The position numbers and the translations under genes are program-made. This document shows positions 15,869 through 27,700 of a stretch of 64,000 nt of DNA, in pieces. Position 1 is the stretch's first letter. Each line of letters starts with the position of its first letter. Location: IMG/VR virus record IMGVR_UViG_3300025502_000013, one strand, 5' to 3'. The notes beneath the pieces were generated by a model, which saw nothing but the letters and a program-made list of their open reading frames with translations, did not search any database and was not told the DNA's origin. The DNA is from an uncultured virus (IMG/VR IMGVR_UViG_3300025502_000013). Its lineage: Duplodnaviria > Heunggongvirae > Uroviricota > Caudoviricetes.

Positions 15869-17698
15869 GTGGGCATATACACTCGAGGCGAGTCTGATGA
15901 CTCCACCCCGACTCCCCCAAAAGCTAAAAGCCAGGGCATCAGGACCTCCGGCAAAAACAGTTCCCGGTCTACTCAGTATGTAGTCAACAAAAAAGTTCCG
16001 CAGCCTTCGGCATTCTCTAATCTTTTCATTGCCAACTCTCCAGCGTCGTCTGTTCCCTATAACTACCCTCGCTCGATGACAGCGGCTGCTGCTCAAATGA
16101 AGGTCAACGACCGCGCTGAGTTTGAGCAGTTTAAGTCTCGCCGCTCCGCTTCTTCCAGCGCTTGGCAGTCTGAGGCCTGGGAATATTACGACGCAATCGG
16201 GGAAATTAAATACGCTTTTAATCTTGTTTCATCAGTAATCTCCAGAATCCGCATTTATTCAGCAACTGTTGACGACCCCAGCCAGGCTCCCATCTCAGTA
16301 CACGAGTCTGGAACAATTGAAGCCAACCTTGCTTCTGCTGCAGAGCGTGCTCTAGCCCGTCTTAGCTCTGCGTACGGCGGACAGGCTGGTCTTTTGAGAG
16401 ACGCCGCCTTGAACATCTCTGTCACAGGTGAGTGCTATCTCGTCCAGTTCCCAGCTCGCATTGGCTCCGGGGAACCAGAGTCCTGGGACGTAAGATCCGT
16501 TGATGAAGTCCTTCCTGACTCTAAAGGTAACTTTGCTGTAGCCGGACGCCGTGAGCAGCTTAGTGGCCAGGGGGCTTCTCAGGGAATGGGACTGTACCCA
16601 CTTCCTAAGTCAGCTTTTGTTGGGCGCATTTGGCGATCACACCCTCGCTTTTCCGATGAAGCAGACAGCTCCTTGCGCGGTCTTCTTGACCTGTGTGCTG
16701 AGCTTCTTTTGCTCAACCGCACATTCCGTGCAACAGCTCGTTCACGTCTTAACGCCGGTGCTCTCTACCTGCCAGACGGACTTTCCGTTGCCGCCCAGGC
16801 TGACCCTAACTACCCCTTTGATGATGAAGATGGCATGGGCGCTTCGTTTACACCTGAAGAGGCAGAAGACGAGTTCGAAGAGCAACTGATTGACGCAATG
16901 ACGACCCCCATCAGGGATGAAGAGTCTGCAAGCGCCGTTGTTCCTTTGATTATCCGTGGACCTGCCGAGCTTGGTGACGCAATCAAGCAGTTCAAGTTTG
17001 AGCGTTCCTTCGACCCAGCACTGGCTGAGCGTTCGGACCGCGTCCTTGAGCGCATCATGCAGGGCCTTGACGTTCCTAAGGACGTCGTTTCGGGAATGGC
17101 GAACGTTAAGTACTCCAACGCCCTACAAATCGACGAGAGCCTCTACAAGGCGCACATTGAGCCTTTGATGCTTCTTATTGTCGACGCGCTTACGGCTGTC
17201 TACCTTCGCCCCTACCTTATTGCTCAGGGGTACCCAGAAGTTGACGTAAACCGTCTTGTTGTTTGGTATGACCCCAGCGCTGTCTCTACTCGTAATGACC
17301 GAGCAACAGACGCAGACGCAGGGTTTGACCGGGGAGCAATCAGTTACGACACCTGGCGACGGGCTCATGGCTTCTCCGACCAAGACGCACCCAAGCCTAC
17401 CGAGGTAGCCCTCCGGATGCTCCAAGAGCGCGGAGTTATCACGCCTGAGCTTACCGAGGCACTTCTTGGTGTGGTTGCGCCTGATGTCATGGAAGCGGTC
17501 CGTGGTGCCTCTCAGGGCGCTTCCGCAGGCCCCATCCCCCCTGAGCTAGAGCAAATACTGCAACAGGCAGCTGGCGGAGCCCCCGCAGACCCGGCTGCTG
17601 AAGAGTCAGAAGCTCCGGCAGCTCCCCAGGAGGAATCACCCGGAGCGCAGGCCGGGCAAGAGCCTCCAGGCCTGGGTATTCCCGAGGTAGCCCCGTAA
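15869..17698 (+). CDS. Portal protein
   Basis: WQSEAWEYYDAIGEIKY, RIWRSHPR..EADS and SAVVPLII motifs of actinophage portals; position at the start of the head module. Confidence 0.85.
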   Translation: MGIYTRGESDDSTPTPPKAKSQGIRTSGKNSSRSTQYVVNKKVPQPSAFSNLFIANSPASSVPYNYPRSMTAAAAQMKVNDRAEFEQFKSRRSASSSAWQSEAWEYYDAIGEIKYAFNLVSSVISRIRIYSATVDDPSQAPISVHESGTIEANLASAAERALARLSSAYGGQAGLLRDAALNISVTGECYLVQFPARIGSGEPESWDVRSVDEVLPDSKGNFAVAGRREQLSGQGASQGMGLYPLPKSAFVGRIWRSHPRFSDEADSSLRGLLDLCAELLLLNRTFRATARSRLNAGALYLPDGLSVAAQADPNYPFDDEDGMGASFTPEEAEDEFEEQLIDAMTTPIRDEESASAVVPLIIRGPAELGDAIKQFKFERSFDPALAERSDRVLERIMQGLDVPKDVVSGMANVKYSNALQIDESLYKAHIEPLMLLIVDALTAVYLRPYLIAQGYPEVDVNRLVVWYDPSAVSTRNDRATDADAGFDRGAISYDTWRRAHGFSDQDAPKPTEVALRMLQERGVITPELTEALLGVVAPDVMEAVRGASQGASAGPIPPELEQILQQAAGGAPADPAAEESEAPAAPQEESPGAQAGQEPPGLGIPEVAP

Positions 17699-18750
17699 TG
17701 GCAGACCCAAAAGAGGTATACGCAGCTCTTCACAAGACTGAAGAGCTTCTTGCCGAGATGCGCAAAGAGGCCCGGGAGCTTTCTACTAAGAAAACGGGAG
17801 CAGGAACCCCGGCTCCTAAGAAAGATCGGGTCAAGGGGTCTAAGAAAAACCCCAAAGGTTCTGCATCCGGGGATAAAAAAATTACTTTTGACGCCAAAAC
17901 TGAGACAGCCATTAAAAACAAGGTTGAAGAGCACAACAAGACCGCTAAAAAGGGCCGTAAGGCCACCACAAGGATGCTCAAGGCAGTCTACCGCCGTGGA
18001 GCTGGTGCCTACAGTACCTCACACCGCCCCGGAAAGACTCGCAATCAGTGGGCAATGGCTCGAGTAAACGCTTTCCTCAAGCTTTTGCGCTCTGGAAAGC
18101 CCTCCAAGGCTGCTTACACTCAGGATAACGACCTTCTTCCCGCTGCACACCCTAAGTCTTCAAAGAAAAGCGCTTCTACCCTTACTGCATCGGGGCTGAT
18201 ACCCGAAGAGCAAGCCTTAGCAGATGCTTTGGCGGAGGTTGTAGCAGTCCACGGCAAGTTTGACCAAGACGGTGACGGCGTTTGGGCGGGCTACACTCCC
18301 GCAAACGAAAACGAAGACGCCGCAATTGGCGTTAAGTGTTCAAACTGCGTTTTTTACCAAGGCGGAGACCAGTGCGGAATCATCAGTCTCAGTGTTGAAC
18401 CAGAGGGCAAGTGCCGCTTTGCTGTTTTGCCCGAGGGGGCCGTCCAGGGAGACAAAGTCCCCCTTCGAGACCCCGAGTCTCTCGATCTTTTGCTTGCCTC
18501 TGCGGACGCTTCCGGCGAGTTGGCCATCTCACTAAAGGACTATTCAGAGTATAATTCTGTAGAAGAAACAGTCATCGCTTTAACAGAGGCTTCGGGTATG
18601 GGATACGACGCAGAATTTGCCATTAAGGCGGCTTGGATGCGTGCAGTTAGAAACGGAGAAGACCCGTTTGAGCGGGCAAAGCAGCTTGCGCTAAACCCCG
18701 CTGGTAGCCTTGATGTACACCTTCTTCCTGCAGACTGGGAGGACAGGTAG
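17698..18750 (+). CDS. Head-associated protein: basic domain (LKAVYRRGAGAY..SHRP..WAMARVN) plus a 4-Cys domain
   Basis: Motif recognition; CSNC...C...C cluster. Confidence 0.65.
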   Translation: MADPKEVYAALHKTEELLAEMRKEARELSTKKTGAGTPAPKKDRVKGSKKNPKGSASGDKKITFDAKTETAIKNKVEEHNKTAKKGRKATTRMLKAVYRRGAGAYSTSHRPGKTRNQWAMARVNAFLKLLRSGKPSKAAYTQDNDLLPAAHPKSSKKSASTLTASGLIPEEQALADALAEVVAVHGKFDQDGDGVWAGYTPANENEDAAIGVKCSNCVFYQGGDQCGIISLSVEPEGKCRFAVLPEGAVQGDKVPLRDPESLDLLLASADASGELAISLKDYSEYNSVEETVIALTEASGMGYDAEFAIKAAWMRAVRNGEDPFERAKQLALNPAGSLDVHLLPADWEDR

Positions 18751-21700
18751 TGTCTGATAATATTCCCGTCTCCCCCCTTAACTATCACGGTTCCTTCGAG
18801 GACGAGAATAATCAAATTATTGACGCGGCTCTGGAGTTTGCACATGATGCCAACCAGGGCTATACGGGCACCCGGGTTGCCACAGACGGAGTAGTTCTCG
18901 ACGTTGCCAGGCGGACTCTCCGGGAACTAGACAACCATCCTTTCTCTGTTCGTAAACATCTTACTTTGACAGATGTTTCTCACTTTATTGTTTTGCTTCA
19001 GAAAGACAAGGCTGTTACCGCCTCGGTCCAGCACACCGATCTTCTCCCCGTTGCCCACCCTCGGTCTTCCGCAGAGCACGAGCTGAGTAACCAAGATCTG
19101 TTCGCCGCCAAAGCCCGCTGGATTGCCGACGACCCGTCTATTAAAGACGAGGAAACTCGTGCCATGGTTGCCTCGATGCTTACGGCTCCTGAGGGCTCTG
19201 CTGAGCGCGAATATTACGCAACCAGGCTTGAGAACAGCCCCCAGGGGGCTATTCCTGTAAGAGCCTTGATTGCGGCGTTTACCGGCGGCCTAGGCGCTAA
19301 CAAGGGTTACTGGATGCGCCAGCGTCGTGACCGTAAGGGTCGCTTTGCTTTCGAGGGCGGTGGCCTTAGTGTATTGGTCAAGGGCAGCACAGGTGCTGTT
19401 CGCAGGCTGACTGGTCGTACTGTTGGTCCGGGTGTTGGTGAAAAAAATGACTATTTTGATATGGAAGTTTCTCCCGGAAGCCTTGTCCGTGTTCCAGCAT
19501 CTGCAACCGAGTCTTCTAAAGCGTACTTGCCTAGCCCAAACGCCCCGGACGGATACAGCCCTCAAAAGGCTCGGGTCCAAGCTGGCGACCCCGTCATCGA
19601 CGAAAAAGACTTAATTCGTCCTGATGCTCCCAGTGGCTTTAATAAAGTTGCCGACGGAGCTGATGTCGACTCTCCCGAGGAAAAAGAGTACTATGGCGAA
19701 GACGCCGACTTTGGTACAGTGTACGAAGACGAAAATTATACTGTCCGGCAGTTTGACTCAGGGTCTTCCCCCGTTGCCCGAGACAATTTTAACTTGGCTC
19801 AGGAAGCCGAGCAGTCTTGTGGGCTCACCGCAGCCGGTGAGGGCGATAACTGTCCGATTAAAACTAGTGGCGCTGGTGAAAACGGAAGCTTTGACCCAGA
19901 GAAGCCGGTTTTGTTTGTCAGCCGTACAGACGACGCGAGCAATCCTGACATCTTTGCGGCCTCCCAGAGCTGGGCGGACACCCTAGACTACATTCGTCAG
20001 GATGAGCCTCGGTACGAAGCCGAAGATAGACCAGCCCCTTACATCAAACTTGGTGACCCGAGTAGGCGGGATAACCTTGACCCCACTAGGCGCGAAGAGG
20101 GCCCACGCGGCCCCGATAATAGAAGAGTCGATCCACACGGCTTTATTATTCCGGATAAACCCGGCCTTATTGATGGCGGGGGAAGAGTAAGACCTGACGG
20201 AACAAGAGAGTTGCTCGAGGGGCGTCGGCCGGACAGCTATCCGATGCGCATCCCCCTCCCGGGCCCCTGGAACCCCCGCATTCCCGGCACTGGGCGAAGG
20301 CCCCGCCCCGGAGGAGGCCGCGCTCCTGGCGGAGGCGGACGCTCTCCCGGAACAGGACGCCGCTGGGGCTCCAACGGCCCTAACGAGGGCCACGCTCCCT
20401 ACCCAATCCCTGGGCGTCGTGTCTACCCCGGCGAAATTGCGGACATGCGCGTTGGATCAGAGATGGAGCAATATCTCGGAGGATTCCTTTCGACTCTCTT
20501 TGGAACAGCAAAAAAGCGACAGCTACGAAAAACTGGTGCTGACGAGTGGGTTGACCTGGAGACCGGAGAGACTTACACTAACGATCAAGTCTCAGAGATG
20601 GCCGCAACTAGTGGTAAAGATAGTTCTCCTTTTACGGGACTTGCGACAGGACCCGAGGTACGCCCCGGAACATTTACTAAAATGATGTCAGGCTCGCTTT
20701 TTAGCGAGCTTCCCACCGGCAGTGAGCTTAATGATCACCTAAGACTTTTTAACGTTATGACCCAGTTCCGCAAGGTTGGGTATAACCAGTGGCGTCGGTG
20801 GGACGGCAAAATCTTTACAGATGCTGAGGTGCAAAAAAAGAGCGGCACTATGCAGATTGACCGAGTTGGAGAATTTGGTCCTGGTAGACCCCCCGGTGGG
20901 GAAGTATCAGGAGAATCCTCTAAACCAAGACTCCCCAGAGGTCCACTGACCCCCGAAGAGCTGGCCGAGCTTCGCCCCGGATCCCTTATTTCTATACCTG
21001 GAGAAGACGATCAACCTCCTCGCTTCTTTGTAAAAGTAGGCGAAAACGACTGGCGCGAGATTGACCCAGAGAATTTTACGTCAGACCCTGCAGTTTCTTT
21101 CACTGATGAAGACATTCTCAACATGGGTAAGGACATTACTCTAGAGAAAGAGCCAGAGGCCTACGAACAGGGGCAACTAGGCATGCGTCCATCAGATCTT
21201 TCTCCTGAGGCCCTGGAAAACCTCCCCGAGGGCACAGTTGTAGGGACTTCAGATGAAGAAATTGATAACCTCAACATTCCCCGGCAGCCCTATGCGACTG
21301 AAGAGGCGTACCAAGCAGCCCTAGAAGAAGCCAAAGAGTTTTACCGCCGCAATAGGTGGCGTAAGCGTGGTCCCAACGAGTGGGTAAATGACTTTGGTGA
21401 GTTTGCTACAGACGCAGATATTGCAGACGGAAAGAAAACTCCTGGACTTATTATCTCTCTCGGCGATGAGGTTAGCACCCCCGAAGGCTACTACGATTTA
21501 AATCGAGAAGAGCTTTACACGCCTACAGGCGGCGCAGAAGGGCAAACCTCACCTGACTTCACCGATGACCCCGCAGAGCTGGCTCAACGTTTCTCAGAGG
21601 AAGAGCTGCAGGCAGCCCTTAAAGAAGCCCTCGAGAACCCCAACGGTTTTGGCTATCTAGAGTTTGCAGAAGGCGACGAGCCGGTGCCTGCAGAAGCACT

Positions 21701-24700
21701 GTACTATGCCTTGGTTCGTAAGCTCGGTGTCGATGTAGCAGATAAATTTGTCAGCGTCGTTTATGGTGAAGGGCGAGCCTTTGACGCAGAGACTGAGCTT
21801 GCCCGAGAATTCCCCGACATTCTTAGTGATGACCCAGGCAAGCGCCAGGCTGCTCTTATCGAGGCTTGGAACACCCAATGGGGGCGCTCCAAGTTTGCAC
21901 TAGATAGAGACGGAAACTTCACTGTTACCGGTAAAGACAATGACAGCATTGCCACTCAGTATCTGCTCGACAAAATCAGGGCAGAAGAGTGGGGGCAAGA
22001 GTTTCTTAACGACTTCCAAGAGGAGTATGGCGAGGTTCTTAATGACCGCACTAAGGCGGCAATTAAAGATCTTTTCAAGGCTTATCCAGGACTAGAGAGC
22101 TCCGACCCCAAAGAGCGTGAAGCCGCAGTACTCAGGGCTCTAGACGATTTAATTAGTGACGACGAATATGTTGCTGATGAAGACGGAAACATCGTTGAGG
22201 TGAGCCCCAAGACTGCGCTTACTAAACTTTTGTGGGACATGGCTCAAGAGTTTATTGGTGGAACATCCGCCCCTACTGGTAGAAAAGAAGAAGGAAATCT
22301 TCCTTCCGTGATCGAGGGGGCTTCCGAAGAGGAGAAAGCTGAGTTCGATAAAACAGGTGACCCCACTCCTTTCCTCCCTAAAGACAACCCCGAGTCCTTT
22401 GAAAACGTGTGGAACAACTACTACAACCCACTTCCCGAGCCTTATGACCCCAAAGACGGTCCTGACCAGATCAATCCGGTAAATCTTGCTCGTAAATTCA
22501 CCCCTGATCAGCTGAAAGAGCAGCTTCGCGAGGCCATTCTTGATGGGAGTGGTTACGGTGTCGTTGCTTTCGAGGGCCCCTCCGGCGAGCCCATTGAGTT
22601 CCGAGTCCCAGCCGAAGCGCTGAGGGATGCACTGCAGCTTCAGGGCGAGGATGCAAACGCCTTTATTCAAGATATTTTTAACGAAAACCTTTCACCAGCC
22701 AAGCAGGTTCAAAAACTTATTGACGAAATTGCTGACCTTAAAGCTAGGCGTGATGCGGAGACAAACTCCACGGAGAAGGGCAAACTTACTCGACAGATTA
22801 ACAAGAAGACCGCTGAGATCGGGATGCGCTATAAGGCTATTGTGGCTCTTAAAAAGCGCGAGGCCCAGCTAGACCGTCTATCCAAGCAGAGCAGCTTGTC
22901 TGACGAAGAGCGCCAGCAGGTTCTGGACAAACTTGAGCAGGTTCGAGCACGTCGGGAGCAAGAAGAAGGCATCTTCAATGGAGACCTAGAGCAGGGCGAA
23001 AGCATGACCCCGTTCGAGGAAAATGTAGATGCTGAGCTTGAGAAGTTTGACTTTGAGCAGGCCTCTACTCGTACGCCAGTCGAGCCCCCTGCAGCTGAAT
23101 CTCCTGAAACGGTAGAAAAGGATAAGCCTAAGCCCGTTGTCTCCTACAAGAGGGTAGGCAACAAAGTATTCATCAGACAGCGGACTGGTCGCGTTATCAC
23201 CAACAACCCTGAGTTTAAAGAGTTTATTAAGGAAAACGGTTTTGTCTACGACTCTAAAGTAGACAAGGTGTTTGAAATTTCTGAAATGGATGACACTGAA
23301 TTTAACGAATTTATGCGTACCGTTCGTGACCGGTTCGGTATTAGTCTTGAGCCCGAGAAGGGTCAAGAAGCCATTGACTTTGATGCCTCGCCTTCACCTA
23401 CTCCTCGCCCCGTGCCCAGCCCAGCTGAGTTTGGAAAGTCCCCCAATAGTGCGTCTATTATCGAGTCTCTTCAGCGCCGAATTGCGGATATTCAAGAATT
23501 TGTTAGAAAAAAAGTTGTCCCACTTCTGCGCTCCGATAAAAGTGACGAGAGCCGGCAGGGACAGCAGCTTAATCGCAGAGCAGAGAACATTACTCGTAAG
23601 CTTAAGAATCGGATTAGTCGTCATCAAGATGAGGCACCAGTCGGCAAGGATGCTCGTGACCCCCGTGTCCTCAACATCCGCCCTACGGACTACCAAGTAG
23701 GGGATGTCTTTGTAGACGATTTGTTCACTGTTGATCGAATTGAAGTATCAGAGCCCATCACAGACCGGCAAAGTCCCTACTTTGGTGAGCGCGAAATTGT
23801 CTACTTCGGGCACTACCCGGGTGGCGTGGAGCAAATGAAAAAGCGCCCGGAGAACTTCAGAACCGATGGAGTTTACCGAGGCTTAGGGTCACCTGCTGGG
23901 GGGGACCTGCCCGCCCTGAATTCTCCCAAGGGTGAGGAGTATCTCCCCGAGGCAGCTCGTAATCAGCCTAGAGGAAATCTGGAGCAGATTGAGCGAGAGC
24001 CTCTTGACGGCCGCGAGAGACGGAATCTTTATGGTCCTAAGCAAAGAGACTTCCCCGAAGAACACGACAAATTCCTTAGAGACTATGAAAAGTACGAAGC
24101 TGACCTAGCGGAAAGAAGGGCTAGCTGGTCTCCCCCGGCTCCTTCTGGTGAAACACGACCCACCACTACATCAGAAGGCCAAGGAGCTCCAACTCCTGGT
24201 CCTCGCCCCAAGATTGTAACCGGGTCTGACGAAGCTCAAAACTTGAAGCCCGGGGATATTACATACAGGGAAAACCCAGACGGCTCTCTTGAGTTTTTTG
24301 TTGTCCAAACTGTTGAAAACCGTAAGGTAAAGACCGGGACTAAGACTGTTACGCAGGAGGCCCCCGAAGCCCCTCAGGTCGTAGACACTGAGACGGCCCA
24401 ATCGGCTCTTGACGAGGCCGTCAGGCGCTACCCCGAGCTGGGGGAGGATGATCCGGCTAGACGGAAACGTGCGTACGCCAAACTTATCGGAGAGTTTTAC
24501 GCAGAGGCCCAGCAGGCTGGAGAAGCCCGTAAAGAAGGTAAAGACTATGTTCCACTGGAGGGCCCTTTAGGAGAGCGCTTTGGTTGGCTGCTTAGTCAGC
24601 GAGAACGAGTTGTCGCAGGTGAGCCCCTTAGTGTAGAAGAAGTGGTTCCAGGCGAGCCTCGAGAAATTGAAGAAGATGTTTTCGAAGAAAAAACATTTGT

Positions 24701-27700
24701 AACTGGTTACCACCCAGGGCACGAAATTCAAGAAAAGTCTTGGAGCCCCCAGACTACTATTAATTACGTCAGAGGTGAGACTGGTCTTCCCCCGGCTGGG
24801 GATAAGCCAGCTGTTCCCGGAAAAACAGATATCTACGCTTCTACTTCCAACAAAGCGGAGCGTGCGAGGCTCCTAGCAGAGAGAGAATCCACCCTTTCTG
24901 AGTCATCAAAGCTCTACGCTCTTGACTCTGCTGCTAAAGTCAACGCTGTCCCGAGTAAAGTTAAAAACCCCAATAGTTTTGTGATGATTGGAAAGTTTGT
25001 TCCGGCTTTCTTTGGGAAAAAGATTTTGGACCTTGTCCGTGGTAAGACTGGCAAGGAAATTAAAGAAGAGCTGAAGAGCAAGAGGGTTGTGTTCCTTGAC
25101 TTTGAAAGTGTTGGTAAGGGATTTGATAGACGAAACCCAGATGCCCCAATTCAGGTCGCGGCGGTTGTCTACGAAAACGGTCAAGAAACTGGTCGTAAGG
25201 TTCTCTTTATCAACCCCGGTGAGCGCCTTGGCGGGTATTACTACGAGGCCTACCCTAAGAAAGACCAAGATGCTGCTCCTGGTGATGTCACCCCCGGAAA
25301 ACTGCCAGACGGCTCACGTGTAGGACAAATTGTTGGCGATGAGCTTATTACCTACACAAGGCAGGGAGCGCGTTGGGTTAATGATGCCAACTCCGAGGAT
25401 GTTTTAAACACAACCCAGCTAAAAACCCGCTCTTCTGAAACTCTAAAGCTAAACGAAGAAGGACAGCCCACTCTAAGAGGTAATCGTCTTCGTGATTCTG
25501 ACGGTAATCCCATCACTGATGAGTTTTTGTCCTCGCAAAAGGGACTCGAGGAGTCCTTCCGCGAGCTGATTGACTTTATCGGGGAAGATGCATACCTCTC
25601 CGCTTTTAACGCCGATTTCGACATTAATTTATTGGATAGTTTTGCGGAGCGTTTAGGGCTTGACTTCCGCAGTGACGGGTTTATCGACCCTCTAGCCCTG
25701 GCCCGGGCCCTCAATCCAGATGACTCTGTCCCCAACAACCTTCCCTCGGTCGCAACCAGATACGGGATTATTAGGGACCCAGATGACTGGCACAACGCTG
25801 AGATTGACGTTGAGGTTCTTCCAGATCTTCTGGACAAAATGCTTGATGAAGTAACCCCCGACAACTCTGTTCTTGACGCAGACAAAAGAGCAGCCGAGTA
25901 TGAGAACGGGATTCGCAGATATTTTGAACAGCTAGACCAGTGGGAGGCCCAAGAGGGGATTACACCTAGGTCGCCCGCGCCGGTAGAAGCCCAAGAGGAG
26001 CCTACACCTACACCTACACCTACACCTGCTCCTGCTCCTGCGCCTCAGGGCGAAGACACCTCTTCAGATCAAGAAATTGATGCTATGGGGATCGGGGCCA
26101 ACCCTCGCTCTATATTTGGTGACACAATAAATGAAGAGTGGATTGCAGACGAAGAAAACACTATCGTTGTGGCCAATAGTGCTAGCAATGTCAGAGACCT
26201 GCGGATTGGTGACTTTTTCGGAGATCAAAACGGAGAGTACAACGAGCTTCTTGTAGTAGAGACAGATCCCATCACCGGCAGGGAGACATTTACTTACCGA
26301 AATGTCAACACAGGAGAGATTTTTAGGGCTTTTGGGGCTCCAGGGTCTCAGGCGCGGGTGGGTACAGATCAAATGCCTTTGCGCAGGCGATCCGAACTAG
26401 ACGGGCTGAGTAACGCTGAAATTCTAGGTCTTTTAAATAATCGCGCACGTAGAGACTCTCTAAATATGGCCGTCCCTGAGGTTCAATTTGAAGACGGGGC
26501 AAGTAGGGCTGTTTCTAAAGCTATTGACGACTTTATTAACGAAGGTCGTGGAGACGCCTCCGTCTCGGACGGCTTGCCTGCTCGCGAGACAAGTGCCATG
26601 CACACCGATAAAAACGGATTTGCTCTTGCCGTAGACGACCTTGTCTATAACCCTAAGACAGGTACTACACATAAAGTAACCCAAACTTACCCAACGTACT
26701 CTAAAAATGAATACGTTAACTACGTTCGAATAAGTTTTATTAATTCCAAAGGCCAGGCCGACTCTAAGCCTATGGCGTCCGACAAACTTGAACTGATCAA
26801 TCCCCCTGCTCAGGAAGAGGCCCTTTCGCCTCTGTCAGATGTTTTTGGCGAGCAGGTCGTTATCGGAGGTAAGAAAGAAAAGCCTAGAGATCCAATTTTA
26901 ATTGCTCGCACAATAGAGCGACTTATGGGCTACCTGAACCCCGGGCCAGGATATATTCGTCCGATTGGCAATGCCATTAAGGCGGCTATTAAAGCCTATA
27001 GAAATAATGATTTTGCATCTGCTGAACGCTTTGCGGGGGCGGCAGTAGACTACGCTGACTCCATAGAAGCCCCAAAAATCACTGTTGAAGACATCAAAAA
27101 CCAGGTTGCTGACAGAGCAAGAGGTCTTGCTGGCCTGATTCAGCTGCCTGAGACAGGTCCTGCACCCAGGGAGGCCTTTGCTGAAGCCGTTGGTCTGTAC
27201 AACACCGGGAAGTATGCCCAGGCTCGCAGGAAGCTTGACACGGTGGAAGATCTACTCTGGAACGAGGCAGAAGAAGCTCGTCAATCTGCAGGTCGCTCAC
27301 CGCAAACTGCTGTTAAAAAGTTTATTGATGGAGTTGGAGAACTAGAATCTGCGATTGATGCTCCCCTAACCAGAGAATATTTTGCTCGGCTACTCCGAGA
27401 TGCTCAACGCAAAGACTATGATTTTGAAAATAAAGAGGGGATTATTCAAGAGGCACTTCAAGCCATTAGAGACGGATTTATTATCCCCGGATATCAAGTT
27501 CTTGAAAGACTTGCTCGCACCAGAGAACGCCAGCTTGATCAAAAAAATCCAAAGCGGAGAAAGCTTGGAGAAGAAAGCTATACTCAGCGGCTCACAGCTG
27601 AGATTAACTCTGACGTTGCTGAGAAGCCGGGGTCCTCTGCAGATGAATTAGCGGAGACAGGGACACCCGAAGAGGCTGCTCAGGAGCAATTAGACCAAGT

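Noticed and set aside
26000..26045. CCTACA/CCTGCT short tandem repeat as a contingency locus
   Set aside because: In-frame hexamer repeat encoding a PT/PA linker; length change would not shift the frame
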